From IMG/VR virus record IMGVR_UViG_3300036770_007621: a stretch of 64,000 nt of DNA, one strand, 5' to 3'. Position 1 is the stretch's first letter. The number at the start of each line of letters is the position of its first letter. The notes below the pieces were generated by a model. That model worked only from the letters and a program-made list of their open reading frames with translations. It had not been told where the DNA came from and searched no databases. This stretch comes from a virus. The position numbers and the translations under genes were made by a program. Positions 8,223 to 17,379 of the stretch are shown here, piece after piece.

Positions 8223-11200
8223 TCAGAACATTCTCTTTGAAGTCTTAGCGAATGCTGCAGACAATTGTGACCAATCATCAGATTGTGCGGTGTTGACTTC
8301 ACCTGAACCAATCATACCTACTTGTGGCATACGTCCAGCTTCTTTTTGTAGAGTTGGTGCATGTTTAGCTACTACTCTCTTTAATGACTGGAATGACTCA
8401 TCATTAAACTTCATGATTTCGTCTACTTGAGCTGAGACAGCATAGCTATCATTGACGCAAAGACCACGATCTACCATTTCATGAGCTAATTCATAGGCTC
8501 TAGCTAATTTAACACGATAACCATTTAATTCATCTTCTACTTGAGCTTTGACGTGTTCTTTTACTAATTCGCTAGCAAATTCTGAACCACCGTCTACTTG
8601 ACCGTAGTATTGCTTGTAGTACTTAACTGCGGCAGGATCTAAGCCTTCTGCTACTAAAGCGGGGAAGTCAGCAGTATCAAGCTTGCCTTCGCTAACTAAA
8701 CGAGCAATTGCTTCTGCTTCTTTGCGAACTTTAACTGGAGCAGTAGCAACGTCCATCATCTTACGGCTTCTTTGTTCGACTGTTTCTACTAGACCTAATT
8801 CATCGCTAGGCTTGACATCAAGTTTAGTTTGACCATTGGTAAGTCTGTGTGCTTGATCTAACATATCGCTAAATTCTGCTTTTGACATATCGTGTAATTC
8901 TCCATCATCCATCTTACCAAGGGCGTCTGCAGCAAGTTTGGCGCGAAGAGCAGAGCGACCACTCTTGGTGTCAAATGCAGTGGCTTTCTTAACTGCAACT
9001 GTTTTGCCAGGATTTGCACTCATTGCATCATTTACCTTTGATGCATCATCTACATAAACCATATCGCTATCCATATCGTTAGTATCACCGTCATCATCGT
9101 ATGACATGAGGTCATCGGCGCTGCTTTCATCTGACGTGAATAAATTTTCATTTAAGCCAGAACCCAATGGCATATTTAATAAGTCTGCAAGATCTGATTC
9201 GGAACCTTGAGCAGATTTCTTTAGAGCTGCTTTTCTACGTTGTGCTGTCTTTTTCAATGAAGCCTCCATTTGTGCACGTTTGACAAGAGCCTTGGTGCCA
9301 CGAGCATATTTAACAAAGGCTGTCATTAATTTTAAACCATCAGCGATAGCTGTTTTAGCTTCTGCAAAAGCATCTGAAGCTAATGTATTTACTAATTCTT
9401 TATTAGCTCTGTTTACGCTACCATTTTTGTGAATAGTAGATAGCATGCCTAATTCTTGATAGTGATCATTTAATTCTGCAATTGATTCTTTCATAGCGCG
9501 AGTTAATGCGCCATTTAATTCTTTGCGAAGTGTGTTGAGAGTAGATACGCTAAAGCTAGATGCTGCTGTAGCTAATTCTCCACCAGCTTCTGCACCGGCT
9601 TCAGGAACTTCTGCGCCAGCTTCAGGGGCTTCTTTGCCTAATTCTTCAATGGCTCCCATTTCAGCTTTTTCACCAGTAAGGGCTCTTACTGCCTCTACTA
9701 GATCTGAGCTAAGGTCTCTTACCTTTTCAGATAGTCTAAGAGCTGTTTCTTTAGGATCACCTTTCATACCCTCATCTTCTACATCCTCTTCGCCAGCAGC
9801 TGGTGCGGCAGGAGCAGCTGCGCCCATATCAGCAGGTGGTGCAGCAGGAGCAGCAGCAGCAGGAGGAGCGGCTGGGGCAGGAGGAGCAGGAAGAGCAGGA
9901 GGAGCAGCTTGAGCTTGTCTTACTAGTGTGCGAACTCCATCAGGACCATATGATTTTACTTTATCAAGTAATCTGGCTCCAAAGTCTTTTGTAGCAATAG
10001 AATCATACATCATATTAGTATTGCCACCAGATAATTCACGAACTGATGCTGTAAGTAATAGTTTATCTCCAAGAAGAACTTGCCAACCGCTGTTTTCAAA
10101 ATTAGTAGTACCGTCTAAGTTAGCTGCTTTTACAAATCTTGCTTTTAGACCTGCGCGAGCTAACATCTGCTTGCGCTTTAGTTCATTTGCCTCATCAGAA
10201 GAAGCAGGTGAAGGGTGTAAACTATTTACATCACCAACGCCAGGAAATGGCTTCTGTCCTACCATTTGCTTGTCTTCTGAACGAGCATCCATATTTAATG
10301 AATCAACTGGATATTTAACTTTTCCAGGGGTGGGTTCATTTACACCACCGCCACCTTGATAATAAGCTCTTTTATCTTCTAATGCTTGTTTTGCCATGTT
10401 GACAATAGCAGTACGACGCATAGCGCGCTCTTCAGCTTCTGCACGAGCTAACATCTTTTTACGCTGTAACTCATCAGACTCATCAGATGAAGCAGGTGAT
10501 GGATGTAATCCTGTTACGTCGCCAACTCCAGGGAATGGTGATTGACCTACCATTTGCTTGTCACCATTCATTCTCATATCCTCATTTAAAGGATCTTTTG
10601 TATACTTGGCTTGACCTGGGGTAGGCTCATTAACGCCACCGCCACCTTGAAAATAACCTCTTTTATCAAAATTTGATCCAGACATATGTTGTTCCTCTTG
10701 TATGTTTGATGTATTTGCTAACTTATTCAATTTGTTTTTCATTAATTGTAACTTCGTTTCAATAGCAGCGGTAACTTCACGAAGTTCATTAATAGAATTT
10801 AAATCTGTAATGTCTTCTAAATTATTAGAAGCATATCTTGCATTTTGCGGGATACCCGGAGGCATCATGTTGTTAGAATCTTGAGTATCTGTTTTTAATG
10901 CTCCATTATTAGCATTTTCTTTCATTTGTTTTACTTGAGATAAAATATTCTGTATTTCTTGCTCAAAACCATCTAAAGTATTTGACTCACATGTGAAATT
11001 AGCTGTATCACCAGGCTGATCTCCTTGAGTGGAAATACTAGCATGGAATACATCGGCAAATTTATTTAACTCATTAGATTTATTTTCTACATAAGTATTT
11101 AATGTGTTAGCTGCTGCAATAATATGCTTTATATGAGCTTTTGGATCTGCCCCATTAACTACAATTGATAATTCAATTGGAGCCAAATCAATATTAATTT

Positions 11201-12971
11201 CTCCGTAACAAGTTTTTTTGCGCATATGGTCACAAAAATCATGTTCTGCTTTAGCTACTCTTCCACAGTCGCTACAAATGGCTCGACCTACTGCCGTACC
11301 CATTGACACACTGGTTTGCATCATAGATGCGACCTTCTTAGCTAAATCTGGATAATTTGCCTTGTCTAGGGCGCATAAAGCAACTACTCTTTTTAAATTG
11401 CGATCATAATATGTATCTACAATAAAACCACGAGTATGATCTACTGAACTAGATTTATGATCAATGCACAATGGCTTATGTACCCATTTTTTATGGGCTT
11501 TTATTAGCTCTTCTTCAGGGAAAATATCGCCGTTGCAGTTAGAAACTACAATCCAGTTAGCTACATAAGAATTGTCTTCCTCTACTTCTAAATTATAAAC
11601 ATCGCCACTATAAAATACTTTTTCTACTCCTAAAATAGAGTGAATACAGTATTGATCAATAAATTTATTTAAATTTTTATTTTTAGAAGTTTTATTAAGA
11701 TTTAATTTTTCTGAGTTTTTAATGATCTTTTGACCATTAGTAGAATTAATTCTTATTCTAAATACATTATGCTTACCATTTATCTCTCTTCCATTAATTT
11801 GAGAAGATGAGGGAGGTGTTTCATAAATAGTATTATGAACTCCTAAGCTATATAACATTAATCTAACTTGAGAAGCTAAATTAGGAGAAATAGTAGTTCC
11901 AGTGATTCTAGCGGTATCTTTTCCTATGCTTCCATCACCTTCTAACCAGCCTAAAATAAATTGTTGTTTTACTTCATCTGAACCGAATACTAATTCAGGG
12001 CTGAGTGTCTTAGTAAGGCTATATTCTCCTACATGATTTAAAAAGAACTTATAAATATCTTTTTGATAAGCAGTTACTGTACATTTATGATTTTTCTCAT
12101 CTACCTTAACAGTAACATTTACATTATTAAATTCTGACTGTAATAGTTGCTTAGTAAGTAAACCAAGTGTATTGTATTCATCAGCCGAATATGTAAAACA
12201 AACAACATTTCTGTGTTTGTTATGAGTTTTGTTTAAACTACCTTCTGCGGCGTATAAGCCTAATAATCTAGCTTGATTCGGCGTAAGATCTGAATCTACT
12301 TTTTTATTTAAATTAATAGATAATAGAAAATCTTTTAAATTTAAATCTTTGGCGGAAACAAATGAAAATTCTTTATTTGTATTTTTTTGATTCCATATTC
12401 TAAATTTAGAAGTAGTAGATTTCCATTTATTGTTAGAAACTTGTAAACGATAAAGTGGATGATTATCAGTAGTAGACAATTTAATATTGTTATTAACATT
12501 AAATTGAAGTAAGTTGTCATGATGAGGAGTAATAAACTTTCTTAATACTTTTTTGGCTCTACCTTTATGGGTAATAACCATATCTCCTGGCTCTACATCT
12601 TCTATGTTTTTAACTGCTCCATTTTCTAAAAGAATTTTGGTTCTTGGAGGAAAACAATTTTTATATGGTTTGATATTTGGATCATTTGTTTGCCAACGCC
12701 AAGTATTACCAGTTTTATCCCAACCTACTTGAACTGCTTCTCCTTTAACATTTAATTTAGGAGTGCCATCTTCATTTAAAGCAGCAGCTTCGGCAGCATG
12801 CATCATAACAGCTGAGAAATAAAGAAAATCATTTGCTTTAGGAGCAATCTTTTTTAAAGCAGATGCAGTTTTTTTAAAACTATCAAGCATTTCTTGATTT
12901 ACAGCAGGAATACAAGAATCTGCATTCTCGATTCTGCTAATTTCGTGAGTTTCGCCTATTTTGATAAACAT
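8223..12971 (-). CDS. Prohead maturation protease fused to a scaffolding domain, intein-containing
   Basis: After removing the intein: N-x-NGDIFPEEEL, WVHKPLCIDH, RGFIVD, TSVSMG, CSDC...CDH (HK97/herpes-type prohead protease pattern), then about 800 aa of low-complexity/coiled-coil scaffold. Confidence 0.8.
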   Translation of the reverse strand: MFIKIGETHEISRIENADSCIPAVNQEMLDSFKKTASALKKIAPKANDFLYFSAVMMHAAEAAALNEDGTPKLNVKGEAVQVGWDKTGNTWRWQTNDPNIKPYKNCFPPRTKILLENGAVKNIEDVEPGDMVITHKGRAKKVLRKFITPHHDNLLQFNVNNNIKLSTTDNHPLYRLQVSNNKWKSTTSKFRIWNQKNTNKEFSFVSAKDLNLKDFLLSINLNKKVDSDLTPNQARLLGLYAAEGSLNKTHNKHRNVVCFTYSADEYNTLGLLTKQLLQSEFNNVNVTVKVDEKNHKCTVTAYQKDIYKFFLNHVGEYSLTKTLSPELVFGSDEVKQQFILGWLEGDGSIGKDTARITGTTISPNLASQVRLMLYSLGVHNTIYETPPSSSQINGREINGKHNVFRIRINSTNGQKIIKNSEKLNLNKTSKNKNLNKFIDQYCIHSILGVEKVFYSGDVYNLEVEEDNSYVANWIVVSNCNGDIFPEEELIKAHKKWVHKPLCIDHKSSSVDHTRGFIVDTYYDRNLKRVVALCALDKANYPDLAKKVASMMQTSVSMGTAVGRAICSDCGRVAKAEHDFCDHMRKKTCYGEINIDLAPIELSIVVNGADPKAHIKHIIAAANTLNTYVENKSNELNKFADVFHASISTQGDQPGDTANFTCESNTLDGFEQEIQNILSQVKQMKENANNGALKTDTQDSNNMMPPGIPQNARYASNNLEDITDLNSINELREVTAAIETKLQLMKNKLNKLANTSNIQEEQHMSGSNFDKRGYFQGGGGVNEPTPGQAKYTKDPLNEDMRMNGDKQMVGQSPFPGVGDVTGLHPSPASSDESDELQRKKMLARAEAEERAMRRTAIVNMAKQALEDKRAYYQGGGGVNEPTPGKVKYPVDSLNMDARSEDKQMVGQKPFPGVGDVNSLHPSPASSDEANELKRKQMLARAGLKARFVKAANLDGTTNFENSGWQVLLGDKLLLTASVRELSGGNTNMMYDSIATKDFGARLLDKVKSYGPDGVRTLVRQAQAAPPALPAPPAPAAPPAAAAPAAPPADMGAAAPAAPAAGEEDVEDEGMKGDPKETALRLSEKVRDLSSDLVEAVRALTGEKAEMGAIEELGKEAPEAGAEVPEAGAEAGGELATAASSFSVSTLNTLRKELNGALTRAMKESIAELNDHYQELGMLSTIHKNGSVNRANKELVNTLASDAFAEAKTAIADGLKLMTAFVKYARGTKALVKRAQMEASLKKTAQRRKAALKKSAQGSESDLADLLNMPLGSGLNENLFTSDESSADDLMSYDDDGDTNDMDSDMVYVDDASKVNDAMSANPGKTVAVKKATAFDTKSGRSALRAKLAADALGKMDDGELHDMSKAEFSDMLDQAHRLTNGQTKLDVKPSDELGLVETVEQRSRKMMDVATAPVKVRKEAEAIARLVSEGKLDTADFPALVAEGLDPAAVKYYKQYYGQVDGGSEFASELVKEHVKAQVEDELNGYRVKLARAYELAHEMVDRGLCVNDSYAVSAQVDEIMKFNDESFQSLKRVVAKHAPTLQKEAGRMPQVGMIGSGEVNTAQSDDWSQLSAAFAKTSKRMF
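10152..10667 (-). repeat. Two ~76-aa direct repeats in the scaffold region (10440-10667 and 10152-10376)
   Basis: DKR-YxQGGGGVNEPTPG...DKQMVGQxPFPGVGDVxxLHPSPASSDExxELxRKxMLARA occurs twice. Confidence 0.9.
11538..12656 (-). mobile_element. Intein (373 aa) with LAGLIDADG endonuclease, in the prohead protease
   Basis: Starts CFPPRTKILL, ends VYNLEVEEDNSYVANWIVVSN followed by Cys+1; LLGLYAAEGS and FILGWLEGDGS motifs. Confidence 0.92.
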
Positions 12972-12978
12972 TATTCAC

Positions 12979-13578
12979 CTATAATATGAGGTTTCTATTT
13001 ATAATAGATAAAAATTCTTCTGAAGTTTTAGTGCCTTTTTGTAAATTGCAAGAGGCGCAAGATGGCACTAAATTACTAATACAATGATTTCCGCCTCTAC
13101 TTAATGGAACTTTATGATCTAAATGCAGATTTATTCCTCGTTTAACAAAAATTTTACAATAAAAACATTGATTGTTATTATTAATTAATAAATTATTAAT
13201 TTCTATTTGACTGATATTTTCTGCATTAATTAACTTTTTTCTTTTATTATTTTTTAATAAAATATATTCTTTATTATTTTCTCTATACTTTTTGTTTTTA
13301 TTTTTAAAATATTCTTTATTGTTTTGATAATAAATTCTTTGTTTTTGCAATCTTTCTTCTCTATGTAAAGCATGTGATTTCTTACAACTATCTCTACATT
13401 TATCTATATTTTTTATATATTGTTGTTTGCGCAATTGCTTAATATGTTCTTTATTTTTTTGAGCATATTCTTTTACACATTGCTTGCATCTTATTGCATG
13501 ATCATCTAAATAAGATTTATTTTTAGAAAATTCTTGTAATTGTTTTAATAAATTACAAGTGCAACATATTTTTTGCAT
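12979..13578 (-). CDS. HNH endonuclease
   Basis: CFYC...LHLDHKVPLSRGGNHCISNLVPSCASCNLQKG; N-terminal CxxC zinc motifs. Confidence 0.92.
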   Translation of the reverse strand: MQKICCTCNLLKQLQEFSKNKSYLDDHAIRCKQCVKEYAQKNKEHIKQLRKQQYIKNIDKCRDSCKKSHALHREERLQKQRIYYQNNKEYFKNKNKKYRENNKEYILLKNNKRKKLINAENISQIEINNLLINNNNQCFYCKIFVKRGINLHLDHKVPLSRGGNHCISNLVPSCASCNLQKGTKTSEEFLSIINRNLIL

Positions 13579-13730
13579 TAGTTTTTTAAATTTTTAGAGT
13601 TATTTTCTGATTCTTTTGATTTTTCAGCAAGCAAAGAAGCTTCTTTTAAAGCTTTCTTTTGTTCTTCTGTTAATTGTTCTGGTTCAACTACTGAGAGTAT
13701 TTTACCATCGCCATGTTTAATAAAAGCCAT
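13578..13730 (-). CDS. Small hypothetical protein (50 aa)
   Basis: Below the ORF-track cutoff. GAGG SD; MAFIKHGDGKILSVVEPEQLTEEQKKALKEAS...; TAATG overlap with the HNH start. Confidence 0.65.
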   Translation of the reverse strand: MAFIKHGDGKILSVVEPEQLTEEQKKALKEASLLAEKSKESENNSKNLKN

Positions 13731-13741
13731 ATAAACCTCGA

Positions 13742-14395
13742 CTATCCTTGCACTAAGTTATTACGTTCTTTAATAGTATCATTTAATTGATCTTCTCTTC
13801 TATTAAATAATTCTAATATTAATGGTTTTTTGTGTTCTAATTTCATATTTAATTCATCGCCAACGGCATCTACCCAGCTGCTAGCTAAAATGTTTTCTTG
13901 AACATATGAAATAATTCTTTCTTCTACTAATTTATCTATTTCTTCAGATTTGTCTTGAATTTTTTCAATGGAAGAGACAATGTTTTTAGTAAATTCTTTA
14001 GAATTTAAATCATCAAATAAATCTACGAAATCATTTACAGCTTCTTCTAGTTCATCTACTGAATTAATATATGATTTCATTATTTTAATAATTTGAGTAT
14101 CAGAGCCGAAAGTTTGCATAACTTTTACACATTTAAAAGCGACTTGTTTAAAGTCGTTAAAGTTTTTAACAGACTCATCACGATATCTTCTAATAGCGGC
14201 TCTGGTTTTAATAATTTCTTCAGTAGGAACTTCTGGGTTATCTTTAAAAGATGTTTTCATGATATTCAAATGATCACTTGCTTTTTTCAATTTTTTATTA
14301 GCATAATTAAAGCAAATAATAGCATTTTTTGCCTGATGCTTTTCAGCAACAGTCACGTCATAGCTCATTTGAACAGAAGCGGCATTTTTTTTCAT
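13742..14395 (-). CDS. Hypothetical coiled-coil protein
   Basis: 217 aa helical ORF. Confidence 0.7.
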   Translation of the reverse strand: MKKNAASVQMSYDVTVAEKHQAKNAIICFNYANKKLKKASDHLNIMKTSFKDNPEVPTEEIIKTRAAIRRYRDESVKNFNDFKQVAFKCVKVMQTFGSDTQIIKIMKSYINSVDELEEAVNDFVDLFDDLNSKEFTKNIVSSIEKIQDKSEEIDKLVEERIISYVQENILASSWVDAVGDELNMKLEHKKPLILELFNRREDQLNDTIKERNNLVQG

Positions 14396-14415
14396 AATAA
14401 TATTGTGTTTTATGC

Positions 14416-15189
14416 CTAATCATAAAAGAAGCCAGAGTAGTTTTCTACTGGACCTACTCCACGAATTCCTGCATCGTTATTAAATAATCCTACTAAAGGT
14501 ACTATATCTTTGTTTTCAGCAGGTTGTACAGGTCTATTATAATTTTCTCTAGTAGGAGATTGATCATTTATATACACATACAATGCATCCATAGGATATT
14601 GCCTTGTAGGAGTTAAATATGGGGCGAATGATCCTCGTCTGCCTTCATCTAAAAAAGTGTCTCTATTATCTGAAATATATTCTCTTTGATTAGATACAAT
14701 ATTAGATCCATCTAATTTAGACATTAAATTATCTTTTTCTAATTTAGAGTTTCTAATTAATTTTTTAAACAAAGTAACGACTTTAGGATCTAAACCAACT
14801 CCAAATCCTAATGAAACGGCTTCATTAATAGCATCTTCTGGGTCCATTCCTAAATATTTTGTTTTAAATAATCCAATTAATAATCCAGTGCGGTCTTTTC
14901 CTGCATGACAATGTACGAAAGTAGGAGCATTATCTAATAAAAGTTCTTTTAGATTAAATTTTAATAATTTGAAAATATCTTCATATAAAGAATCAAATTC
15001 AATTGGAATAATAACTTGTTCAATATCTAATAGTTTACAAGCTCTTGAAATTCTATCAGCATCTAGTTGATCTAAGCTAATAATTTTATTAATTTTTAAC
15101 TTTTCTTTTAATAAACGAACATCGTCAGGGCTAGGAGCACTGCCTCGAAATAATAAATTAGGGATTACTTCTACAAAGCGATGTATCAT
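14416..15189 (-). CDS. Protein tyrosine/dual-specificity phosphatase
   Basis: Catalytic CX5R motif FVHCHAGKDRTG; LFRGSAP and KIISLD motifs. Confidence 0.9.
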   Translation of the reverse strand: MIHRFVEVIPNLLFRGSAPSPDDVRLLKEKLKINKIISLDQLDADRISRACKLLDIEQVIIPIEFDSLYEDIFKLLKFNLKELLLDNAPTFVHCHAGKDRTGLLIGLFKTKYLGMDPEDAINEAVSLGFGVGLDPKVVTLFKKLIRNSKLEKDNLMSKLDGSNIVSNQREYISDNRDTFLDEGRRGSFAPYLTPTRQYPMDALYVYINDQSPTRENYNRPVQPAENKDIVPLVGLFNNDAGIRGVGPVENYSGFFYD

Positions 15190-15923
15190 AAATACCTAAC
15201 TAAGTTGTTAAGTACTTCTCTAATATACCTAGGATTATGGTTGAAAAGTACAGTTTTAACGAAGGTGATTGATTGCCCTAAAGAAGATGAGGCGGGCATT
15301 TTTTTAGAACCTAGCTCATTTTCATTTAAATAATAAAATTTTTGTTTTAGTCTATTAATAGATTTTTGTCTTTTTGCTGGAGAGATTCTATTTAGGATAA
15401 ATTTAACAATATTAGCTAAATAGTTGCCAACTGTTTTTGGATCACCTAAACTAGGTAGGGAGGCGGCTACTTTGACTAATTTATTTTTTATTTTAATTTT
15501 ATATAATTTTTTAAACTTTTTTAAAGCATGATCTAAGGCAACATTAGGAACATTCTTCATTTTGCTTTTAACAGCTTGATCAAAATAAAATTTATATTCT
15601 TTTATAAACTCATTAGCAATATCGGGATCAATTTTGTTTAATTCTCTCATGATAGCAGATAAAGAAAAGAACTTAATTTTAGATAAGTCTAATTCTTTTT
15701 TAGGCTTTAAATCTAAGGTATCTAAGTATTTAAAATATTCAACTTGTTTTAATCTTTTTTCAGCTGCCTTTTTAGAAGAAAAAGTACCTAAATTCCTATT
15801 TCTTTGAGAAAGGACTCTATATTTACCACTAGGCAATTTTTTTATTTTTGCAGATTTGACTATGGTATTCTGACAATGTTGTTGATAGATGTCAGATATT
15901 TTAACAAATTGATCTATTGTCAT
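15186..15923 (-). CDS. Hypothetical basic protein, possible small DNA-binding domain
   Basis: 245 aa; KKLPSGKYRVLSQRNRNLGTFSSKKAAEKRLKQVEYFK beta-beta-beta-alpha-like segment; ATGA overlap with the next gene. Confidence 0.65.
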   Translation of the reverse strand: MTIDQFVKISDIYQQHCQNTIVKSAKIKKLPSGKYRVLSQRNRNLGTFSSKKAAEKRLKQVEYFKYLDTLDLKPKKELDLSKIKFFSLSAIMRELNKIDPDIANEFIKEYKFYFDQAVKSKMKNVPNVALDHALKKFKKLYKIKIKNKLVKVAASLPSLGDPKTVGNYLANIVKFILNRISPAKRQKSINRLKQKFYYLNENELGSKKMPASSSLGQSITFVKTVLFNHNPRYIREVLNNLVRYL

Positions 15924-16306
15924 CTCCCAAAATTCTTTACTATTTCAGAGGCTTCTCTACTTCTTAAAAACATATCTTCTAGGTTAACGCCATCGCATAC
16001 GCTTAATGTTCTAATGGCTCTTTCACTAATAAACATTAATTTTCCTGTTTTTAATTGCTTATTGTTATCAACATAAGCAGCACTAATTACAAGACATTCT
16101 CGATATGCTCCAACAACTTTACCGCAAAAAACAGCTGGATATTCTATTGAAATTTGCTCAATAGATACTTGTTCATAAGCATCACCAAGATAAATCTCTA
16201 CAAATTTATCTTTAAATAGTTCTGCTAAAAACTCAGCAAAAGTTTTACAAGAATTTTCTAATTTTTTAGATAATTCTTGCACTTCGAATTCATTAACATG
16301 TTCCAT
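15920..16306 (-). CDS. Hypothetical protein, possible Sm/SH3-like fold
   Basis: Start refined to ATG 16306 (GAGGA SD); FVEIYLG...FCGKVVGAYRECLVIS...LMFISERAIRTL pattern. Confidence 0.55.
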   Translation of the reverse strand: MEHVNEFEVQELSKKLENSCKTFAEFLAELFKDKFVEIYLGDAYEQVSIEQISIEYPAVFCGKVVGAYRECLVISAAYVDNNKQLKTGKLMFISERAIRTLSVCDGVNLEDMFLRSREASEIVKNFGR

Positions 16307-16313
16307 GTTTTCC

Positions 16314-17369
16314 TCAAGCAAATTTAAGTAAAAATTTTCTACGATTAGAGTTAATTGCAGCAGAAGTTAATTCTGTAATAGATGACTTTTTATTCAGTAA
16401 AATTTTTGCATTTATTTGATATTCTGGAGAGTCTTCTATTTTATTATTAAAATAATTGATATTTTTTTGTATAATTTCTTGTGCGGCTTGAACTGCTAAA
16501 TATTTTGGAGCTGGGAAAGAAAAATTAATTTCTACTTTATTATTGTTTGAGTGAATGCTACAATTAGAAGAGAGTTCTTGTTCTAAATTAAAAGCCAATC
16601 TATTAGCAAATTCTATATTATTAACTATATCAGGAGAGCTGATTTTAATTAAAGCATGATAAGTTGGAATATCAGATGCTGCAGACTCAAATTGTTTTAT
16701 TAATTGTTCTACTTCATTAATATTTGAAGGCTCTTCTGATAATTGTTCTAATTCAGCCATAAAATTTTCTAATTGTGGTTGAGATAAATTTTTTTCTTCA
16801 ATTATTTTTTCTATTTTTTGTTGATATTTAGGTAGATTATATTTTTTATAAAAATTTGTTAATCTTTCAGAATAAACTTCTGGAGGTGCAAGATAGTATT
16901 TAGCAGTTCTTTTTGATTTAGGGTCGCTAGACTTTTCTAATCCAGTTAATAATCCTTTAGAAAAATGGTAAGGATCTGGTTTAGCAGATTTAACTGCTTC
17001 CCAGGCATCTGGATATTTTTTCTTAATTAATTGTACATAGTCTCTGACTCCTGATTTTAAATCAGGGTAAGCTTTATATTTATTTTTAATTTTTTGACCA
17101 GGAATACCTGAAGTTTCTTCTACTGTTTTTTCATCAAAAACATATGGGTCATTACCAGTGGCAACAATATGACCTACGTTATAATTGCTAATTAATTGAG
17201 CGTCACCTATTTCAAAAGCACTATGTGATAATAATAAAGTTAATTGTTCTTGGGTAGGAGGGACTCCTTCTATTTCAGCAAATACATCTGCAATAGTTTT
17301 AGCTAACTCCTCTATAGGAACAGGGGTTTTTTGTCTAGGAACAGATGGTCCGGCGCCTAATTTAAACAT
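16314..17369 (-). CDS. GH73/glucosaminidase-like peptidoglycan hydrolase (putatively virion-associated)
   Basis: HSAFEIG...YNVGHI...KYKAYPDLKSGVRDYVQLIKKKY...YYLAPPEVY parallels the GH73 LExG / NNxFG / FxxY / YATDPxY motifs. Confidence 0.6.
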   Translation of the reverse strand: MFKLGAGPSVPRQKTPVPIEELAKTIADVFAEIEGVPPTQEQLTLLLSHSAFEIGDAQLISNYNVGHIVATGNDPYVFDEKTVEETSGIPGQKIKNKYKAYPDLKSGVRDYVQLIKKKYPDAWEAVKSAKPDPYHFSKGLLTGLEKSSDPKSKRTAKYYLAPPEVYSERLTNFYKKYNLPKYQQKIEKIIEEKNLSQPQLENFMAELEQLSEEPSNINEVEQLIKQFESAASDIPTYHALIKISSPDIVNNIEFANRLAFNLEQELSSNCSIHSNNNKVEINFSFPAPKYLAVQAAQEIIQKNINYFNNKIEDSPEYQINAKILLNKKSSITELTSAAINSNRRKFLLKFA

Positions 17370-17379
17370 AATTTCCTTA

